Origin: a virus
Taxonomy: Duplodnaviria > Caudoviricetes
Direction: 5' to 3' (one strand)
DNA: 64,000 nt
Virus record (IMG/VR): IMGVR_UViG_3300008262_000013
The notes below the pieces were generated by a model. The model saw only the letters and a program-made list of their open reading frames with translations. It was not told the origin of the DNA and did not search any database. Made by a program: the position numbers and the translations under genes. Positions 32,036-41,493 of this stretch are shown here, one piece after another. Every line of letters starts with the position of its first letter. The first letter of the stretch is position 1.

Positions 32036-32926
32036 ATGTCTAGTTTTGCAAATCTCAAACGCAATCGCAGTTCGTTGGACAAACTAACAAAGGCGATTGA
32101 ATCAACAACCCAATCTGGCGAAGCAAATTCAAAGGACGATAATAGATTTTGGCAACCATCAGTTGATAAAGCTGGTAATGGTATGGCAGTCATTCGTTTC
32201 TTGCCAGCACCTGCAGCAGATGGTGATGAAGGTCTACCATGGGTAAGAATTTTTCATCACGGTTTTCAGGGACCTGGTGGATGGTTAATTGATAACTGTC
32301 TTACTACATTGAACGATAAATGTCCTGTTTGCGAACACAATTCTACTTTGTGGAATTCTGGTGTTGAAGCAAATAAAGATATTGCTCGTAAACAAAAACG
32401 TAAACTCTCATACATTGCAAATATTCTCGTTATCTCGGATCCAAGTAATCCAGAAAACGAAGGACAGATTAAACTGTTTAAATTCGGTAAGAAAATCTTT
32501 GATAAGATTACTGAAGCAATGAATCCTGAGTTTGCTGATGAAACACCTGTTAACCCATTTGATCTATGGGAAGGTGCTAACTTCAAGTTGAAGATTCGTA
32601 ATGTTGAAGGTTATCGTAATTATGATAAATCGGAATTTGCAGATAAGTCTGCTGTTCTTGATGGTGATGATGATAAACTTGAAGAACTTTGGAAGAAAGA
32701 ATTCTCCCTAAAAGAATTTACAGAGAAGAAAAACTTTAAATCGTATGAGCAATTGAAAGCTCGTCTTGATAAAGCTCTAGGTTTTGAAGCTGTTGCACCA
32801 AGAACTAAAGCTGAAGATTTTGTTCCTAAAACTTCATCTGATCTTGATGGATCTTCATTCGATACTTCATCAAATATTGATGATGATGATTTGGATTATT
32901 TTAAATCACTCGCATCTCAAGACTAA
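32036..32926 (+). CDS. gp32: single-stranded DNA-binding protein gp32
   Basis: IRFLPA, HGFQGPGGW..NC.T...CPVC, DLWEGANFKLK and an acidic tail. Confidence 0.96.
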   Translation: MSSFANLKRNRSSLDKLTKAIESTTQSGEANSKDDNRFWQPSVDKAGNGMAVIRFLPAPAADGDEGLPWVRIFHHGFQGPGGWLIDNCLTTLNDKCPVCEHNSTLWNSGVEANKDIARKQKRKLSYIANILVISDPSNPENEGQIKLFKFGKKIFDKITEAMNPEFADETPVNPFDLWEGANFKLKIRNVEGYRNYDKSEFADKSAVLDGDDDKLEELWKKEFSLKEFTEKKNFKSYEQLKARLDKALGFEAVAPRTKAEDFVPKTSSDLDGSSFDTSSNIDDDDLDYFKSLASQD

Positions 32927-32929
32927 AAG

Positions 32930-32955
32930 AAAACCCACCGAAAGGTGGGTTTTTT
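32930..32955. terminator. bidirectional intrinsic terminator
   Basis: AAAACCCACC-GAAA-GGTGGGTTTTTT between convergent genes. Confidence 0.85.
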
Positions 32956-34807
32956 ATGCGATAATACTTCGAAACAAATTTGGTAAATAATCTTTAGATT
33001 CTGACTGATTTTCCATCACTATTACATTTTGTTGATTAGTATTATTGTTGATGAAAACTATTGGAGTATCTTCATTCATTGATCCAAAAGCCACATTAAA
33101 AGAAGAATTATCTATCATCTCACCCATATTACCCATGGATTGAGGACTAAAAACTGGAGGATTTTTTCTTATTTCTTCAGCCAAAGCTCTACCTTCAGAT
33201 TTCATTTTATCTGGAGAAATTTCTCCATGTCCAACTACATTTAAATCTCCATGACGTTTTCTTAAAAAAGCAACAAGAGCTTTTGCTGATTTGGTTTGAG
33301 CTTCAGTAAATGATTCACTATTTTTAGAAACTATTTCTACACCAATTGAGTTTTGATTCGTTACTCCCGATTTAGTTCCAGCGTGGTACATGATTGATTT
33401 ATCTGGAGCTATGTTATAAACAGTTCCATCTCTATCAATCACATATTGAACGCCGTGTTTATAACCTTTGCTTTTGCCTTCTTTGTCTGTTTGAAATCTT
33501 TCAAATTCATTTAAGGCACTTGTTAATCTATTATCACCAGTATGGTGCAGAACAACATTTTCAACTTTAGACATTTGACCATAAATTCCAAAATCACCAG
33601 TAACTTCTTTCATTTTGAAGCCTTCTACATTTACATCTTTTATAGTTCTAGGACCAGCTGGTTTTTTTACGAAACCGCCTATTGGTGTTCCTATTCCTAA
33701 TGAATCAAATAAAAGTTTCAAATAATTTTGAGATGCTTTGGTGTCTACTCCTACAGTTCCACTCCAAATTCTAGCTGCTTCATTTAAAGGTTTTGATTTA
33801 TACATTGGAGATTCCCATTTTTCTCTCTGAGCTTGTTTTCCAGCTTCAACAGTAGGAAATTGTGCAAAAGGAATTTTTTTACCATTTACATTTAAGAAAT
33901 GTTTTTCAGAAGGTTTAGCTCCCAATTTTTTTTGAGATTCATCTTTTTCATTATAAAGCATTGCTCCAGGATTATTAAGTTCAGTTGGTTTTGTTCCTTT
34001 TACACCAAATCCTTCAGCTTTTGCTTGAGCTTCCAAAAATTTCTTTTTTTGATCTTCAGTTAAAGTACCAAATGTTAACCTGGACATTTCTCTTTCGATA
34101 TCGGACGCATCAGTAAAAAAATCAATCGACATTACTTCATCAATCGATTTTTGTACTGATTTTAAGAAATCATCAATAGATTCTTTTAAGTCTATATTTC
34201 TTATTCTTTCAACCGCATTATATACACCTTTAATAGCTAAGGTAACCATACCTAAAAGACCTGCAAAAAATGCTGCATCCACTAAAACTCCAAAATTAAA
34301 AGATCCTGAATTTGGTTTAGTGATTTGTCTTTCCGGAGAATTGTTATTTCTTAAATTTGATAATTGTGATTCATACATTTCTTCTCTTTTTGCGGCAGCT
34401 TTAAAATACATATCAGCTTTTGTTGCTGCATCAAATTTTTCCAACTTTAAAAGTTTTACAATATTTTGTCTAATCACATTGAAGTCTCTGTGAATAGAAG
34501 GTAAAACACTTAGATTTTTAGCTGTAATTCTGGTGTCAGATTGTATATTTTCAAATATAGGTTTTATATCTGAAACATCCACTGAAGATTTTTCTATTGA
34601 TTTTCCGGATATCCTAGGATTTGATCCTGCTTTCGATTGGTAAGTTTTTAATCCCGGAAATAAAGCAGCTAATAAACCTCTTTGATTAATTAACTGTCGC
34701 GGATCAAATTTTTCTTTTAATCTTTCTTTGATACCTCCGGCCAAAGCTCCAGTAACGCTGCTACCCTGACTTCTTCGATATGATACTATTTCGGATAATC
34801 TAGACAT
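32954..34807 (-). CDS. tail/hub-associated protein with a C-terminal N-acetylmuramoyl-L-alanine amidase domain
   Basis: VVLHHT, YHAG, SIGVEI and GHGE (Amidase_2 pattern); the N-terminus is shared with the neighbouring gene. Confidence 0.7.
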   Translation of the reverse strand: MSRLSEIVSYRRSQGSSVTGALAGGIKERLKEKFDPRQLINQRGLLAALFPGLKTYQSKAGSNPRISGKSIEKSSVDVSDIKPIFENIQSDTRITAKNLSVLPSIHRDFNVIRQNIVKLLKLEKFDAATKADMYFKAAAKREEMYESQLSNLRNNNSPERQITKPNSGSFNFGVLVDAAFFAGLLGMVTLAIKGVYNAVERIRNIDLKESIDDFLKSVQKSIDEVMSIDFFTDASDIEREMSRLTFGTLTEDQKKKFLEAQAKAEGFGVKGTKPTELNNPGAMLYNEKDESQKKLGAKPSEKHFLNVNGKKIPFAQFPTVEAGKQAQREKWESPMYKSKPLNEAARIWSGTVGVDTKASQNYLKLLFDSLGIGTPIGGFVKKPAGPRTIKDVNVEGFKMKEVTGDFGIYGQMSKVENVVLHHTGDNRLTSALNEFERFQTDKEGKSKGYKHGVQYVIDRDGTVYNIAPDKSIMYHAGTKSGVTNQNSIGVEIVSKNSESFTEAQTKSAKALVAFLRKRHGDLNVVGHGEISPDKMKSEGRALAEEIRKNPPVFSPQSMGNMGEMIDNSSFNVAFGSMNEDTPIVFINNNTNQQNVIVMENQSESKDYLPNLFRSIIA

Positions 34808-34808
34808 T

Positions 34809-36773
34809 TTAATTCTTAAAAGGACCTAATGGGTTGGACATCATATCAGAAAAGTGTTTATCTATGAAATCATTATTCCAAGCAGAAGCTGCACCTCCGA
34901 GTCCTCCTACAAAAGGTGGAAAACTTTTTTTATCCGATTCTTGAGTTATAACGATTGGTTGTTTAAACACCACAGATTTTTTTCTATTATCAAATGTTTT
35001 ATCTATGATGTTTGTTGTATAAAAATCTTTCATTTGTGTTTCTAAACTTCCTGATAAACTTGTAAGACTGTTTCTTGCTGTGTTAGCAGTATTCTTTATA
35101 ATTGAACTAACGTCGGGAATATCTAAATCTTTAACAAATTTTTCACCCGCTTTTTCTACGTTACTTGTGATGCCTTTCATTATATCACTGTTCATAATTA
35201 CATCAGTTGCTCTTTCAGTATAAGCGTCAAGAAAACCTGGATCTAAATTTTCCATAACACTTCGCAAGTTGGAAAAGTAAATACGTTTATCGGCACTATT
35301 TGAATTAATTTGTTCTGCAACAAAATTTGCAGCAAAACTTAATAAATCACTTTTTATTATATTAAATTCTTCTCTGAGTTTTGTTTTAGCAGGACTTGCT
35401 GAATTTTGTAATGAGATTAGTTTTCTAAGTGCTGAGAAGTATTCTCGTTGTTTATCACCGTATTCGACAGCTTGTTCTTTTGTCAGTAAAAAAGGATGAG
35501 TATCATTAAGTCCTGGTATGTGTATTTTATACATATTTCTCATTTTACTATAGTATTCTTGTAAAACTCCAGGAGCAAACCTATCTTTTAATATATTTTT
35601 TTGTAACTCAGTTAATTCTCCATTTTTTCCTAATTGTACAGATTTTCCTTCTGAAGCTCCGATTATAGAATATTTTGCATTTGCATCAGCCGTCAAACCT
35701 ATTAATTTAGATCTTTCTAATTCTTCTCCTTCCATTTTTCTGCCACTTGTTGGCAATTCAGAATATTCTCCTTTTTTTAAATCCAAAGATTTTTCATTTA
35801 TTGTTTGTTGATACATATCTTTATCGGATATGTTTTTATCCTGTAACATATTTGCTTGTCGTCTTGCTTCTGGAAGTATTGATAGACCAAAAGCTCCAGC
35901 AAAAAATGCTAATAATCCCATTCCTATTCTTATTAATCCTTTTGGACTTAATACAAATCCTATAAGTCTACCTATTATTGATCTAATTAATATTTTAACT
36001 AAATCACTTGAGATGAATCCTACGATTGTTTTAAGTATGTTCTTAAGGTTTGGCATTAATCCAGCTAAACCGGACAAAGCTCCAAAAAAGGCCTTTCCTA
36101 AAGTTGTAAATATAGTGCCTACAATTCCGGCTAAAAATTTAAATGCTCCTAATATAGCTTTACCAAGACTAGCTAAAGCACTAACGACTGAGGATAATCC
36201 TTTCACTATTGAAGAAATTAATTTTTGAAAAAAACTTTTAGTGCCATCATCTTGTTTTTTCTTTTCATCTTCTTTTATTTTTTGGATTCTACTTTGTTTA
36301 TTTCTTTCTTTTTTTAGTTCCCGTTCATATTTGTCCTCACGTTCTTTTGCTTTTACAAAATACATATCGGCTTTTGTTCTAGCGTCACCGCCTTTTAACT
36401 TTACTAATTTTACTATATTTTGACGAATTACATTTACATCTCGGTGTAGTGCTGGTAAAACCATAGTATTTTTTGCTGTCATTTTTGTATTGAATGAAAT
36501 GGTTTCCAACATAGGTTTTATTTCATCAAAAGACGTAACTTGCATCGAAGATTGTGATATTTCTGATGCGGAAGTTTTTGCTTGATATGTTTTTAGTCCA
36601 GGAAATAAAGCAGTTAATAATCCTCTTTGATTAATTAATTGCCGAGGATCAAATTTTTCCTTAAGTCTTTCTTTGATACCACTAGCTAAAGCTCCAGTAA
36701 CGCTGCTACCCTGACTTCTTCGTGAAGCAACGATTTCTGTTAATCTTCCTCTTGATGGTTTTTTAGTTGCCAT
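34809..36773 (-). CDS. putative baseplate hub/tail length protein (gp29-like position)
   Basis: Helical and hydrophobic tape-measure-like stretch; follows gp26 and gp51. Confidence 0.5.
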   Translation of the reverse strand: MATKKPSRGRLTEIVASRRSQGSSVTGALASGIKERLKEKFDPRQLINQRGLLTALFPGLKTYQAKTSASEISQSSMQVTSFDEIKPMLETISFNTKMTAKNTMVLPALHRDVNVIRQNIVKLVKLKGGDARTKADMYFVKAKEREDKYERELKKERNKQSRIQKIKEDEKKKQDDGTKSFFQKLISSIVKGLSSVVSALASLGKAILGAFKFLAGIVGTIFTTLGKAFFGALSGLAGLMPNLKNILKTIVGFISSDLVKILIRSIIGRLIGFVLSPKGLIRIGMGLLAFFAGAFGLSILPEARRQANMLQDKNISDKDMYQQTINEKSLDLKKGEYSELPTSGRKMEGEELERSKLIGLTADANAKYSIIGASEGKSVQLGKNGELTELQKNILKDRFAPGVLQEYYSKMRNMYKIHIPGLNDTHPFLLTKEQAVEYGDKQREYFSALRKLISLQNSASPAKTKLREEFNIIKSDLLSFAANFVAEQINSNSADKRIYFSNLRSVMENLDPGFLDAYTERATDVIMNSDIMKGITSNVEKAGEKFVKDLDIPDVSSIIKNTANTARNSLTSLSGSLETQMKDFYTTNIIDKTFDNRKKSVVFKQPIVITQESDKKSFPPFVGGLGGAASAWNNDFIDKHFSDMMSNPLGPFKN

Positions 36774-36776
36774 ATT

Positions 36777-36914
36777 TTATCTCTTTTGATTTTGTGCTGC
36801 TTTTAATCTTTCAGATTCTTCTTCTAGATATCTCATTAACATATTCACATAGATATCTTTTTCCCAAGGAATCATATTCTCCAACTCTGTTAAACTATAT
36901 TTGTGATGTTGCAT
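36777..36914 (-). CDS. gp51: baseplate hub assembly protein gp51-like (ATG-initiated form; the frame is open to 36977)
   Basis: MQHHKYSLTELENMIPWEKDIYVNML; the in-frame upstream segment FGHDNLQNHYHTNFAL has no ATG. Confidence 0.8.
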   Translation of the reverse strand: MQHHKYSLTELENMIPWEKDIYVNMLMRYLEEESERLKAAQNQKR

Positions 36915-36964
36915 TAACGCAAAGTTGGTGTGATAGTGATTCTGCAAATTGTCATGACCAAATG

Positions 36965-37693
36965 TTAACCGAAAAAACTTTGTAAACCTTCTAATTCAAT
37001 GTTTTCGTGATAGCCGCATTTATTACATTCAAAATCTACTTTCTTTTTAAGTTTTGGCATAGTGTCGAAAAAATCTTTAATTTTTTCCAAATCTTTAGAT
37101 TGTAACGAATCTAAAAACTCTGTTAATTCTTCTTTAGTAGAATCTTTCGCATAATATACATTGTTTTCATCGTAAATAAAATCAATACAGTTTATAATTA
37201 AATCTAAAACAACATTAAAATCTTCTGTATTCGTGTTATCTTTTATCAAGTTCATTTTAGGATACTTCATCATGATACCTAATTTGTCTGTGATTTCTAT
37301 TTTATTTGAATGATTTTCTTCTTTAGTTGGTTCTATTTCCAAAACATTCAAATCTATTTCAACAGAACTGTTACATTTTTTAGGTTCTTCTTCTGTACCA
37401 ACATCATTATTACAACGGTACTTTAATTTGACTATTTCGCCAATTGAACGAGCTCTAATATTTAAAAATAAATGTTCAATATCAAATGTTGGCAAATCCT
37501 TTATATCAATATCACTTACTACACAATTATTTAAAACTTGCATAATTGTGTCTACAGAATATTTTGCATCATCAGATTCATAAGCCATAAGAAATAATTT
37601 TTCTTCTTTTACTGTAAAAGGTCTAAACTTAATAAACTCACCAGTAGAACTTAATTTTATTTCAAATAACGGAACATCAATTTTAGGTAACAT
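36965..37693 (-). CDS. gp26: baseplate hub subunit gp26
   Basis: MLPKID.P, FRPFTVKEEK, FL.IRARSIGE, C..C and EGLQSFF. Confidence 0.85.
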   Translation of the reverse strand: MLPKIDVPLFEIKLSSTGEFIKFRPFTVKEEKLFLMAYESDDAKYSVDTIMQVLNNCVVSDIDIKDLPTFDIEHLFLNIRARSIGEIVKLKYRCNNDVGTEEEPKKCNSSVEIDLNVLEIEPTKEENHSNKIEITDKLGIMMKYPKMNLIKDNTNTEDFNVVLDLIINCIDFIYDENNVYYAKDSTKEELTEFLDSLQSKDLEKIKDFFDTMPKLKKKVDFECNKCGYHENIELEGLQSFFG

Positions 37694-37704
37694 AGTAACT
37701 CCAT

Positions 37705-38454
37705 TTAAAATTTAAAGAATTTGTCAAATAACTTTGTACTTTTTGCTCCAAAGTAAGAAGCAGCTGCTTCACCCAGATCAGTATAACCTTCATAGATAGT
37801 TTGATATTTTTGATATGCGAATTGAACAGTTAATCTATGATAACCGTCATCACTCCAAGCTAACGGTTGTGCTGCGACACCTATTGGAAAAGCATCGATT
37901 AATTTTACAGAATAAATTTGTTTGATAAAGTCGTCGTACTGAAGAACTTGAATGTCCGTCATGTATCTAGTTTCTTCATCTTTGGGAAATCTTAAATTGT
38001 TGGTGTCAGATGGCATAATAGCATCGATCCAAAGATCAAAAAGTTTTCTTTCATAAAAATCGTTTGTACAGATAAAACTTAAACTCATATCATTATATTG
38101 TTTTTGATATGGTATTTTAAATGTCGGACCATAAATTTTTACATCGGCTGTTTGTAATGTTTTTCCTGGAAGTTCAGCGGTATCACACTGTAAAGAAAGA
38201 TATCTTGTGATAGAGGGATTCGAACTTCTCTTAAAAGGTACTCCTGTTGTTTCATAACTAGTTCTTGAACTTACCCAATCTGTAATGTCAGTAACAAGAG
38301 TATTTGGTAAGTTTAATAATCCTTCTAAAACTCCTGTGCTAACAAAATTACCTATGTAGTTAGGGATCGGTAAAATTACTTTAAATCTATTCGGTCTGGC
38401 TAATCCATCTTTGGCTCGAATATTTGATAAAAAGAGTGTTGGCGTAAAAGACAT
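37705..38454 (-). CDS. gp54: tail tube initiator gp54 / tube-family protein
   Basis: GLARPNRF.V, C..AELPG and AFP..V....L.W; synteny. Confidence 0.6.
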   Translation of the reverse strand: MSFTPTLFLSNIRAKDGLARPNRFKVILPIPNYIGNFVSTGVLEGLLNLPNTLVTDITDWVSSRTSYETTGVPFKRSSNPSITRYLSLQCDTAELPGKTLQTADVKIYGPTFKIPYQKQYNDMSLSFICTNDFYERKLFDLWIDAIMPSDTNNLRFPKDEETRYMTDIQVLQYDDFIKQIYSVKLIDAFPIGVAAQPLAWSDDGYHRLTVQFAYQKYQTIYEGYTDLGEAAASYFGAKSTKLFDKFFKF

Positions 38455-39044
38455 TAGAATGTATCCTTAGAATCTTGAAAAACTACAGATTTAGAAACAG
38501 GTTTTTTCTTGGATGTAAAATCTTCCATTGGAAGTAGAACGGCTATATCCCATTCTTCAGCACTTATTTCTAAAAATCTTGATTGTATTTGTGTAAATAG
38601 GTATCTCTTAATGCAAGCATTTTTTTCAAATATTCTTGATGCCGCTTTAAGTGTTTGATATGTTAATTTTAACTTCGTGGTTTTGTCAAACTTGTCATTG
38701 TTGGCATATGAACTAAGTTTGTCCATCAATATTAATCTTTGTTTGGGATGAATGTAATGTAGATTTAATCCTAAAAAACCATCTGCATATTGTTCTATAG
38801 GTAAAACTAAAGGAAATCTATCATAGTATTTCATTTTTTCCTTTGTCTTAGGATCGTAAAAGAAAAAATACATTCTACCAATAATACTACGCTCACGCAA
38901 TCTCGCCATATCATTCATTAAACTTGCTTTTGTTGGTTTTAGGTTTGCAACTTTCGTGCGTAACCAGTCTCTAGATTCTCTTGATCTAGAAGCGTAACCT
39001 TCTTTTTGAAGTGATGCTTGAATTCTGTCGATTAAATATGCCAT
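38454..39044 (-). CDS. gp2: DNA end protector gp2
   Basis: YDPKTK..M.YYDRFPL and GFLGLNLHYI. Confidence 0.9.
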   Translation of the reverse strand: MAYLIDRIQASLQKEGYASRSRESRDWLRTKVANLKPTKASLMNDMARLRERSIIGRMYFFFYDPKTKEKMKYYDRFPLVLPIEQYADGFLGLNLHYIHPKQRLILMDKLSSYANNDKFDKTTKLKLTYQTLKAASRIFEKNACIKRYLFTQIQSRFLEISAEEWDIAVLLPMEDFTSKKKPVSKSVVFQDSKDTF

Positions 39045-39051
39045 CGACTAT

Positions 39052-39486
39052 TTATACTAGACCGAGATCGTTTTCCGTAAGTATGAGAAACTTCCAACCA
39101 TGTTCTTTACAAAAGATATCTGCTGCTTTCCATTTTTCTTGATTGATTGCATAAGTCGCAGCTTCCTGTAAATACCGTTTGGTCTTTCTTTTTTGTTTAG
39201 GCATTTTTGTTTGGACTTCTGGTTTTACTTCTAGTACGTAAGTCATCACTGTTCCATCTTTTTTCTTCGTTTTTACGACAAAATCTGGAAAGTAACGGTG
39301 CATCTTTTTATCGATGGGATTGCGATATGGTATGAACAGTTCTTCTGATGCCCACCAGGTAACCATAGGATTTTCATCCAAATATTTCATGACGTAGAGT
39401 TCCCACGAAGAACGGTAGATGATATTTGTTGCATCTCCGTTATATTTCGTCGGATTTTTTGGAGTAAACTTTCCTGAATATGGCAT
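39052..39486 (-). CDS. gp4: head completion nuclease gp4
   Basis: YSGKF.PKNP.KY.GD...I.YRSSWE, RYFPDF and EVKP. Confidence 0.92.
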   Translation of the reverse strand: MPYSGKFTPKNPTKYNGDATNIIYRSSWELYVMKYLDENPMVTWWASEELFIPYRNPIDKKMHRYFPDFVVKTKKKDGTVMTYVLEVKPEVQTKMPKQKRKTKRYLQEAATYAINQEKWKAADIFCKEHGWKFLILTENDLGLV

Positions 39487-39514
39487 AAATATTATATATT
39501 CACAAAGGAATCAT

Positions 39515-40825
39515 ATGGCATTTTTCAACTTAACCGAAATCAAAATCAATAATACGAGTGATGGTGATACCCTTGGTTTAACAAAACAAATTTTGCGTGA
39601 TAGCAGATATATGAGTAATGTACTAAGATATCCTTTGGATATAGGTTCTTTAGATAAAGGACACTATATGGTAATCCATATTAATCAACAAGAAAAAACT
39701 AGATTTGATAGAACAAAGGACGAGGTTGGCTTGCCTAACTTTTATGGAAATCCTACTATTATACAAAATCAAAAGTATAATGGAACACCCAATCCTTTTT
39801 CGCAAACTGTATCTGGTCTTACACAAATAGTTGAAGATGTCAATGAATCTGGACCTACACAAATAAGTAAAGAAATGATTAAAAAAGGAGCTTCTTTTCT
39901 TTCTGATAAAGCCAATGCAAAAATAGAAAATATGAATGAAACGTTCCAAGAAGGTTTTGAGAGTGCTGCTGGTGGATTAAATTCGTTTGGTAAAGGATTG
40001 TCTGATTCTGCGAAAGAAATTTTTAATTTAGCTAATTCTGGAAAAGGTTTGAGAACTATAAAAAGAACCACGGATAGTATTGCTTTTTATATGCCAGATA
40101 CTTTAAATTTTACAAATAATCAACAATATTCTACAATAGAATTTGGATCTTCACCTCTAGCTTACTTGGCAGCTGCAACAGCCGGTTATAGTCAAATAAA
40201 AGGATCAGGAGAGAAAAAAATTGAAAGTGCCGTTAAAAACTTAACACCATTCATTTTAAACAATTTTTTACGAAAAACTCTCGGTGGTGCAGGATCAGGA
40301 GTTTTTGCCGCAGGATTTGGAGCAGTTGTAAATCCTCAACTAGAAATGATATATTCGTCTCCTTCATTTAGAGAGTTCAGATTTGATTTTATGTTATATC
40401 CAAGAAGTTCTAAAGAAGCGGTTGAAGTTCAAAAAATATTACAAAGACTTAGATTTCATCAAGCACCAGAAGTTTTAAAAGAAGGAATTGGAGCCTTAGG
40501 TGGATTCTTCTTAGTGCCACCATCCGAATTTGATATAAAATTTTACTACAACGGTTCTATAAATCCTAATATTCCTCAAATTTCAACTTGTGTTTTGACA
40601 TCTATAGATACAGATTATGCACCAAATGGATGGTCTGCATATGAATCTCCTGACAATTTTGGACAACCTGAGATTGGAAAAACTGGTATGCCTGTTGGTA
40701 TTAGATTATCTTTAAATTTCCAAGAAACGGAAATTCTTACAAAAGATTCTTTTGTTGAAGTTGCGGGAAGAGATAGGGACGATGTGGCGATGTGGGAAGT
40801 TTCTACCACCAAAAGAAGATTTTAA
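39515..40825 (+). CDS. gp48: baseplate tail tube cap gp48
   Basis: NP.LE..Y..P.FR.F.F.F...P.S..E and CVLTSI..DYAP; start at the ATG at 39515 with an AAGGA SD. Confidence 0.8.
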   Translation: MAFFNLTEIKINNTSDGDTLGLTKQILRDSRYMSNVLRYPLDIGSLDKGHYMVIHINQQEKTRFDRTKDEVGLPNFYGNPTIIQNQKYNGTPNPFSQTVSGLTQIVEDVNESGPTQISKEMIKKGASFLSDKANAKIENMNETFQEGFESAAGGLNSFGKGLSDSAKEIFNLANSGKGLRTIKRTTDSIAFYMPDTLNFTNNQQYSTIEFGSSPLAYLAAATAGYSQIKGSGEKKIESAVKNLTPFILNNFLRKTLGGAGSGVFAAGFGAVVNPQLEMIYSSPSFREFRFDFMLYPRSSKEAVEVQKILQRLRFHQAPEVLKEGIGALGGFFLVPPSEFDIKFYYNGSINPNIPQISTCVLTSIDTDYAPNGWSAYESPDNFGQPEIGKTGMPVGIRLSLNFQETEILTKDSFVEVAGRDRDDVAMWEVSTTKRRF

Positions 40826-40838
40826 TAAAAGGTAATAA

Positions 40839-41492
40839 ATGTCAAAATTTTTTAATTACTTTCCTAAGGTTGTTTATTTTTCCGATAGAGATCAAACATC
40901 TTTAGATATAATAACAAACTTAACTTTTAAATTTAAGTTTAATGAAAATTTTAAACAAAATTCTGTTGTTTATTATGATTATATTATTCCTGAAGGAGAA
41001 ACACCAGAAATTTTAGCGGACAAATTTTATGATTCTTCCGAAAGACACTGGATAATTTTAATGGTTAATAATATTATAAATCCTTTGTTAGATTGGCCAA
41101 TGAGTTATACAACACTAAACAAATATATCGATTCAAAATATTCTGCAAATAATTATGCCGATACTTCTAATACCTCGGTTACGGGACTTTCTTGGTCGGA
41201 ATCAAATGTAAAAGAATATTTTGTAAAAGAGAGAAAAACTATATTAGATACTAAAGAGTTTGAAGAAAAAACGATAATTCTAACGCAACCTGACTACGCA
41301 AATACTTCTCCAATAACCTCAAATAATTACACTTTAATTGGTGGTACTCAAATAGAATTTAAAAGAACTAGAGGAACAAAAACTTATTATGAATATGAAC
41401 ATGAGACAAATGAAAATAAAAGAAAAATTAAATTGTTAAAAAAAGAATTCGTTCCTTTTTTAGAAAAAGAATTTAAAGATTTAACAAAATAA
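40839..41492 (+). CDS. gp53: baseplate wedge subunit gp53
   Basis: GETPEILA.KFY......WIIL..N.IINP..DWP and YEYE...NE.KR.I. Confidence 0.88.
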   Translation: MSKFFNYFPKVVYFSDRDQTSLDIITNLTFKFKFNENFKQNSVVYYDYIIPEGETPEILADKFYDSSERHWIILMVNNIINPLLDWPMSYTTLNKYIDSKYSANNYADTSNTSVTGLSWSESNVKEYFVKERKTILDTKEFEEKTIILTQPDYANTSPITSNNYTLIGGTQIEFKRTRGTKTYYEYEHETNENKRKIKLLKKEFVPFLEKEFKDLTK

Positions 41493-41493
41493 A

